64,000 nt of DNA from an uncultured delta proteobacterium. Its GTDB lineage: Bacteria > Desulfobacterota > Desulfuromonadia > Geobacterales > DSM-12255. The position numbers and the translations under genes were made by a program. The stretch lies in assembly GCA_963787125.1 (NCBI GenBank), contig CAWBBV010000004.1:32001-96000 (forward strand), given 5' to 3'. Shown here piece after piece: positions 59,007-64,000 of the stretch; position 1 is the first letter of the stretch; every line of letters starts with the position of its first letter. The notes under the pieces are model-generated. The model ran no database searches, had not been told where the DNA came from, and saw only the letters and a program-made list of their open reading frames with translations.

Positions 59007-60389
59007 CTAAACAGCTCCGCCAACAGTCATCCCGCTGATTAACAACGTCGGCTGGGCATCAGAGACGGGCACCCCCTGCCCTTCTTTGCCGCAGGTGCCA
59101 ATACCGAAGCCAAGATCAGTGCCTACCATCAGGATATTTTTCAGAACCTCCGGACCGCTGCCGGTTAGGGTCGCCCCTCGTACCGGCTCACCGATAGCAC
59201 CGTTTTCCAGCATGTATCCTTCCGCCACTTCAAACATGAAATCGCCGGTAACGGTATTCACCTGTCCGCCCCCCATTTTCCTGACAAAAAGCCCCTTCTG
59301 CACGCTTTTGACGATCTCTTCGGGCGGAGTGGAGCCGGAGGCGATGAGCGTATTGGTCATCCGGACTATCGGTTTGGCCTGATATGACTCCCGGCGACCG
59401 TTGCCCGTTGAGTTGCAGCCAGCCTTCATGGCTGTCAGCCGGTCGTAAAGATACCCCTTGAGAATGCCATTTTCCACCAATATGTTTTTCTGCCCCGGGA
59501 CCCCTTCACTGTCATAGGGGTTCGAGCCCCTGGCGTAAGGGATGGTAGCATCATCTATGACCGTTACCAGTGGTGAGGCGACCTGCTCTCCCAGCCTGCC
59601 CTGATAAACCGAGACGCCCCCCTGCACCAGATCGGCTTCAAGCCCGTGACCGATCGCCTCATGGACCATTGTGCCGCCAGCCTCGGAAGAAAGGACTACC
59701 GGCATCATCCCGCCCGGCGCCCTTCTTGCCGTGAGCATCATGTCCGCACGCCGGGCTGCTGCCAGTGCGATCTCGACGGCGCTTCTCCCGCTGAAAAGCT
59801 CAAAGCCGCGGCAAGCTCCGGCAGACTCATAACCGGTCTGCATGACGTCGCCATTGCCGGCAACCACCTGGGCGGCGAACATCGTCCCGACCCGTCTGCT
59901 CTCAATAAACTCACCCAAAGAGTTGACGGTCTGGACCCTGGCTGCGCCGTCACGATAAACGGTCATTACCTGGCGAATAGAGGCGGACGACTGCCGTGCG
60001 CTCTTTTCTGCTTGCGCGACAAGAGCAACTTTGTCGGTGAGAGGCACCGTTTCAGGGTGCAGAGTTATTGGCAGAAAGCTGGCAATAACAGCCGGGTGGA
60101 TAATGATATCACGGTCGAAGTTTTTCCCTTTTACCCCGTTACTGACGGCTGTTGCCAGTTCAAGGAGTGCTTTCTCGGTCACGTCGTTGGTATAGCCGAA
60201 GGCGGTACGAAAATCACTTATTACCCTGATACTTGCGCCCCTGTCAGAAACACAGAGAACTCTTTCAATTTTGCCGTCTTCAGCAACTACCTGGGTTGAA
60301 GTGCCCTCTTCAAGATAAATCTCGGAGAACTCGCCCCCAGAGGCAAGCGCCTGGCGAAGAATCGCCGCTGTATTCATATTTTCTAGCAT
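59007..60389 (-). CDS. tldD: TldD/PmbA-family metalloprotease
   Basis: HEAIGHGLEAD, TGNGRRES, RMTNT, CGKEGQ. Confidence 0.92.
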   Translation of the reverse strand: MLENMNTAAILRQALASGGEFSEIYLEEGTSTQVVAEDGKIERVLCVSDRGASIRVISDFRTAFGYTNDVTEKALLELATAVSNGVKGKNFDRDIIIHPAVIASFLPITLHPETVPLTDKVALVAQAEKSARQSSASIRQVMTVYRDGAARVQTVNSLGEFIESRRVGTMFAAQVVAGNGDVMQTGYESAGACRGFELFSGRSAVEIALAAARRADMMLTARRAPGGMMPVVLSSEAGGTMVHEAIGHGLEADLVQGGVSVYQGRLGEQVASPLVTVIDDATIPYARGSNPYDSEGVPGQKNILVENGILKGYLYDRLTAMKAGCNSTGNGRRESYQAKPIVRMTNTLIASGSTPPEEIVKSVQKGLFVRKMGGGQVNTVTGDFMFEVAEGYMLENGAIGEPVRGATLTGSGPEVLKNILMVGTDLGFGIGTCGKEGQGVPVSDAQPTLLISGMTVGGAV

Positions 60390-60658
60390 GACTGGACTTC
60401 TCCGGGGGCAAAAAATAGTTCCTGAATAGTGATCTCTGCGCCGATTGCCTCTAAAACGGACTGGATGTCAGCTTCAAAACCAGCCTGAATTGACAGGCGG
60501 ACAACCCCTGCTTTAGGCTCAACAGTTGAAAGGGTCGACATCCCTTCATAAGCTTCAAGGATAAATTTCAGATAAACCAGGTCACAACGCTCTATTTTAA
60601 AAAAGCGGACAACGGCTTCCGGCAGTAACGTTGCGTCACTCTCCCTGGATGGCAACAT
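60383..60658 (-). CDS. DUF4911-like small protein
   Basis: LVYLKFILEAYEGMSTLST; start uncertain. Confidence 0.7.
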   Translation of the reverse strand: MLPSRESDATLLPEAVVRFFKIERCDLVYLKFILEAYEGMSTLSTVEPKAGVVRLSIQAGFEADIQSVLEAIGAEITIQELFFAPGEVQSC

Positions 60659-61532
60659 CGCCCGCCCTCCCGGGGAGTTCCCCCATCTCAATGGTGCAGG
60701 CAGGAGCCGAAGTGCCATGCTCGCATGCCGCTTCGGCAAGAGTTGTGAATGTGACGCCGGCAGCGACAAGTTTTTTCAGAAGGTCGATGAAAACTCCGGC
60801 AAGGATCCCGCCCTCCATCTCTGCATGAATAGTGTGGACATTCAGTCCCGGGACAAGCAAGGAGAGGTAGTGATCGTTTACTGTCTCCTCCGATATGCCG
60901 TTCTCGCCGAGGATCTCGTCCATGGTCGGCCAGGTCGTTGGAATCTGGAGAGTTCTGAAGCGCCTGCCGGCCATGACCGGATAAAAAGGGTGCCTGCCAC
61001 GACTGTCACTGCAGTAGTCAAGTCCCATGGCGTCCTGCACTTCCAGCGAATCTTGAGAGACTGTCCATCCGGGGGCAGCCGTGGTCCGGGCTCTTCTTTT
61101 GTAAATCGCCTCAAACTGGCTGCCGGCTTTGCCGAGCTCCATTGCGGTTACCGCTTTGGGAAACCAGGGGAGCAAGTCGTGCCATTTAACATGATCCCAG
61201 CAGTGGATGCCGGTTTCATGCCCTCGCTTCTCAGTCTCGCGCAGCATGTCAGGGAATGATTTTGCAATAAGTGGTGCGGGCAGGAGCGTGCCGTAGAGCA
61301 TTGTCTTCAGGCCGTAAGCCGCCGGAGCTCTTGTCCGCAGCATCTTTTTCAGAAACCCTTTTCGGGTAAAGAGTCGCCTTATCGCTTTTCCCGAGTTGTC
61401 AGGCCCCATTGAAAAGTAGAAAGTTGCCTTGATCCCGAAGCTGTCCAGAATTGAAAGCAGCTTGGGAACCCCGTCACGGGTCCCGGCATAGGTGTCCACA
61501 TCTACTTTAAGGGCTACAACTGAAGTTGACAT
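60636..61532 (-). CDS. Polysaccharide deacetylase (ArnD-like deformylase)
   Basis: KVDVDT..GT..GVP, GPDNSG, HCWDH..W, SDSRG, TIHAEMEG. Confidence 0.85.
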   Translation of the reverse strand: MSTSVVALKVDVDTYAGTRDGVPKLLSILDSFGIKATFYFSMGPDNSGKAIRRLFTRKGFLKKMLRTRAPAAYGLKTMLYGTLLPAPLIAKSFPDMLRETEKRGHETGIHCWDHVKWHDLLPWFPKAVTAMELGKAGSQFEAIYKRRARTTAAPGWTVSQDSLEVQDAMGLDYCSDSRGRHPFYPVMAGRRFRTLQIPTTWPTMDEILGENGISEETVNDHYLSLLVPGLNVHTIHAEMEGGILAGVFIDLLKKLVAAGVTFTTLAEAACEHGTSAPACTIEMGELPGRAGDVAIQGE

Positions 61533-61753
61533 TTAGAGCCTGTTACCAGCGGTTTAATTGTTGATGATAAGTTGTCAAATGTAATATATAGTTCCGACTG
61601 TTGGCAAGCAGTTATGATTAGTAAAAATAATTCGGAAAACATGTCAGAAAAACATTGACTTTGCAGTTAGGGTAGGAATAATGTATCTATTCGATTGAAT
61701 CACACCCTGTTTTTAACAGTGGTCAATAAACAAAAGGAAAGAGGTAGTATCAA

Positions 61754-61990
61754 ATGAAAAAGATGATTTCGCTCGCACTTTGCCTGTCCCTGGCTCTTGC
61801 ATTCGCAGCTGGCTGCAAGAAAAAAGAAGAAGCACCAGCTCCTGCACCAGCTCCTGCTGCTGCTCCTGCACCAGTTCAGGGTCAGTCCACATCCAAGCAG
61901 ACTCCAGCACCGGCTGCTGCACCTGCAGCTGCTCCTGCTGAGAAAGCTCCTGCTGCACCAGCAGCACCTGCTGCTCCTGCTAAGAAGTAA
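61754..61990 (+). CDS. Small Pro/Ala-rich lipoprotein
   Basis: Lipobox AAGC-KKKEE; GAGG RBS; downstream terminator. Confidence 0.8.
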   Translation: MKKMISLALCLSLALAFAAGCKKKEEAPAPAPAPAAAPAPVQGQSTSKQTPAPAAAPAAAPAEKAPAAPAAPAAPAKK

Positions 61991-62017
61991 TTCAGGCTTC
62001 CAAGTAATTGGAATCGG

Positions 62018-62049
62018 TGGCTCGCAGGTAACTGCGAGCCATTTTTTTT
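62018..62049 (+). terminator. Rho-independent terminator
   Basis: TGGCTCGCAG-GTAA-CTGCGAGCCA followed by T run. Confidence 0.85.
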
Positions 62050-62076
62050 AAATCAATCTAACTTTTGGAGAATTTT

Positions 62077-62490
62077 ATGGAAAGAACATTCGCAATTATC
62101 AAACCTGATGCAGTTGAAAGAAATCTTATCGGCAAGGTTCTCGACAAAATCGAAACTGCCGGTTTCAAAATTGTCGGCATGAAGAAGATGCAGCTCAGCC
62201 TTGCTCAGGCAGAAGGCTTCTACTATGTTCACAAAGAGCGTCCTTTTTTCGGCGAGCTCTGCGCGTTCATGTCGCGTAGCCCGGTAGTTCTTCTTTGCCT
62301 TGAAAAAAAGAATGCAATAGCTGACTGGCGTACGCTGATGGGGGCAACTAATCCGGCTAACGCCGACGCCGGCACCATCCGCAAAGAGTTTGCCAAAAAC
62401 ATCGAAGAGAATACGGTTCACGGCTCTGATGCAACCGAGACCGCTGCTTTCGAAATTCCCTACTTCTTCAGCGGCCTTGAACTTGTTTAA
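62077..62490 (+). CDS. ndk: Nucleoside diphosphate kinase
   Basis: [23 protein letters not shown]. Confidence 0.97.
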   Translation: MERTFAIIKPDAVERNLIGKVLDKIETAGFKIVGMKKMQLSLAQAEGFYYVHKERPFFGELCAFMSRSPVVLLCLEKKNAIADWRTLMGATNPANADAGTIRKEFAKNIEENTVHGSDATETAAFEIPYFFSGLELV

Positions 62491-62560
62491 GCGCTGAAAC
62501 CATGTCCGTAAACAATGAACCTGCCAACTGACCAGGCAAGGGTTTACCAAAATTGAGCTG

Positions 62561-62596
62561 AAAATGGCCGTCCACTCACTGGATGGCCATTTTTTT
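62561..62596 (+). terminator. Rho-independent terminator after ndk
   Basis: AAAATGGCCGTCCA...TGGATGGCCATTTT plus T run. Confidence 0.75.
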
Positions 62597-62704
62597 ATAT
62601 GTAGCTGACAGGCTCATCCTTTACATTGAATTCAGCTCACCATTGAACATATCTCATTTTGTGTTAAGATTTTGGCCATATTCAGGAATCAGGGGGATTA
62701 ACCT

Positions 62705-64000
62705 ATGTCGGATTGGAATCGTTACCGTAAATATCTTTGTCATGTCGGTGAAATGGGGCTTTCGCTCGACATCAGCAGAATGAAGTTTGACGACGGTTTT
62801 TTCGAGCGGATGGAGCCCAACATGCAACAAGCTTTCGCTTCAATGAAGGCGCTTGAAGGCGGGGCTATCGCCAATCCGGACGAAGGGAGAATGGTGGGAC
62901 ACTACTGGCTGAGAGCTGCGGAGCTTGCACCGAACCAGGCAATGTCAACTGAGATCGAGTTTGCCATTCGTGCTATCAGGGAGTTCACCGCTGATTTGCA
63001 CGAAAGGATCATAACTCCCGCAAATGGGCACAGATTCTCTAAAATGCTGATAATCGGCATTGGGGGTTCGGCCCTCGGGCCGCAATTCGTCCTGGATGCG
63101 CTCAGCGGCTCCGGAGACTTTCTCAGACCCTTTTTCCTGGATAACAGCGATCCCGATGGGATGGAACGAGTTTTCGGGGAGATCGGTTCCGGACTCAAAG
63201 AGACACTGACGATTGTCATATCCAAGAGTGGCGGCACTAAAGAGACCCGTAACGGGATGCTTGAAACCATGGCCGCCTACAACAGCCGGGGGCTGGATTT
63301 TGCCAAACATGCTGTAGCGATTACCGGCGCTGGCAGTGAACTTGATGCCGTTGCCCTTGAACAGGGGTGGCTGGCACGGTTTCCGATGTGGGACTGGGTA
63401 GGTGGCCGCACTTCAGTCACTTCCGCAGTTGGACTGCTTCCGGCAGCCCTGCAGGGGATAGACATCGATGCGCTCCTGGAAGGGGCACGGATCTGTGACT
63501 CGATAACAAGGCGTCAGGAAACGTGCAAAAATCCGGCGGCACTCCTTGCACTTATGTGGTATTGCGGCTGCGGCGGCAACGGCGGGCGCGACATGGTGCT
63601 GCTCCCCTATAAAGACAGACTGCTCCTTTTTTCGCGCTATCTGCAACAGCTGATTATGGAGTCGATCGGCAAAGAGAAAGATCTATCCGGCAGAGTTGTC
63701 AACCAGGGGCTTTCTGTCTACGGCAACAAAGGGTCCACCGATCAGCATGCGTATGTCCAGCAGCTGCGCGAAGGGGTGAACAACTTTTTTGTGACGTTCA
63801 TAGAGGTGCTGAAGGAACGTGACGGCGAGCCGCTCATGGTTGAACCGGGGATCACAAGCGGCGACTATCTTTCAGGTTTCCTGCAGGGGACAAGGGAAGC
63901 GCTGGCTGAAGCAGGTCGGGAGTCGATGACAATAACTGTAGAGAAAATAGATGCTAAAACAATAGGTGTGCTGATAGCACTTTATGAACGTGCTGTCGGC
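62705..64000 (+). CDS. pgi: Glucose-6-phosphate isomerase (runs off window edge)
   Basis: Manual translation: [49 protein letters not shown]. Confidence 0.95.
   Translation, partial: MSDWNRYRKYLCHVGEMGLSLDISRMKFDDGFFERMEPNMQQAFASMKALEGGAIANPDEGRMVGHYWLRAAELAPNQAMSTEIEFAIRAIREFTADLHERIITPANGHRFSKMLIIGIGGSALGPQFVLDALSGSGDFLRPFFLDNSDPDGMERVFGEIGSGLKETLTIVISKSGGTKETRNGMLETMAAYNSRGLDFAKHAVAITGAGSELDAVALEQGWLARFPMWDWVGGRTSVTSAVGLLPAALQGIDIDALLEGARICDSITRRQETCKNPAALLALMWYCGCGGNGGRDMVLLPYKDRLLLFSRYLQQLIMESIGKEKDLSGRVVNQGLSVYGNKGSTDQHAYVQQLREGVNNFFVTFIEVLKERDGEPLMVEPGITSGDYLSGFLQGTREALAEAGRESMTITVEKIDAKTIGVLIALYERAVG

Noticed and set aside
61825..61985. GCTCCT/GCACCA tandem repeats as a DNA element
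   Set aside because: They simply encode the Pro/Ala linker of the lipoprotein.

Overview
Bacterial chromosome segment; gene content and order (argB-argD-argF-argG-argH-lipoprotein-[lysA]-dapA-dapB-dapL) point to Geobacteraceae/Desulfuromonadia (inference). 1-35.6 kb is mostly housekeeping: polA 5' end, a CheY/CheC/diguanylate cyclase trio, larB, larE, cobM, sulfate assimilation genes (cysN, cysD, cysH, DASS transporter, sulfite reductase, cysK), a 6S RNA, and the arg/dap operon. That operon carries two MNT-HEPN pairs, an epimerase/epimerase/glycosyltransferase block, and an MBL-fold gene that sits where lysA is expected, with only a short lysA remnant left. The most striking structure is at ~36.5-56.9 kb: a ~20 kb array of small stress, detox and toxin-antitoxin genes and gene fragments. 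It is punctuated by about 19 co-oriented copies (several degenerate or partial) of a bipartite ~50 bp element, consensus read by eye AATTCCGGGGACACCATACTTAATTC-AAAAGGCGGCC-AAGC/AATC-GGCCGCCTTT, with inverted copies at the left end. It resembles an integron-like gene-capture array, but it has no attC consensus and there is no integrase or transposase in the window. One unit encodes an unannotated UxxC DsbA/FrnE selenoprotein with a SECIS hairpin. 56.9-64 kb returns to core genes (GAF-GGDEF, tldD, deacetylase, ndk, pgi 5' part). Single-base frameshifts in argH, dapL, a mutY-like gene and an MFS gene are probably sequencing or assembly errors. All calls are from manual reading; no searches were run.
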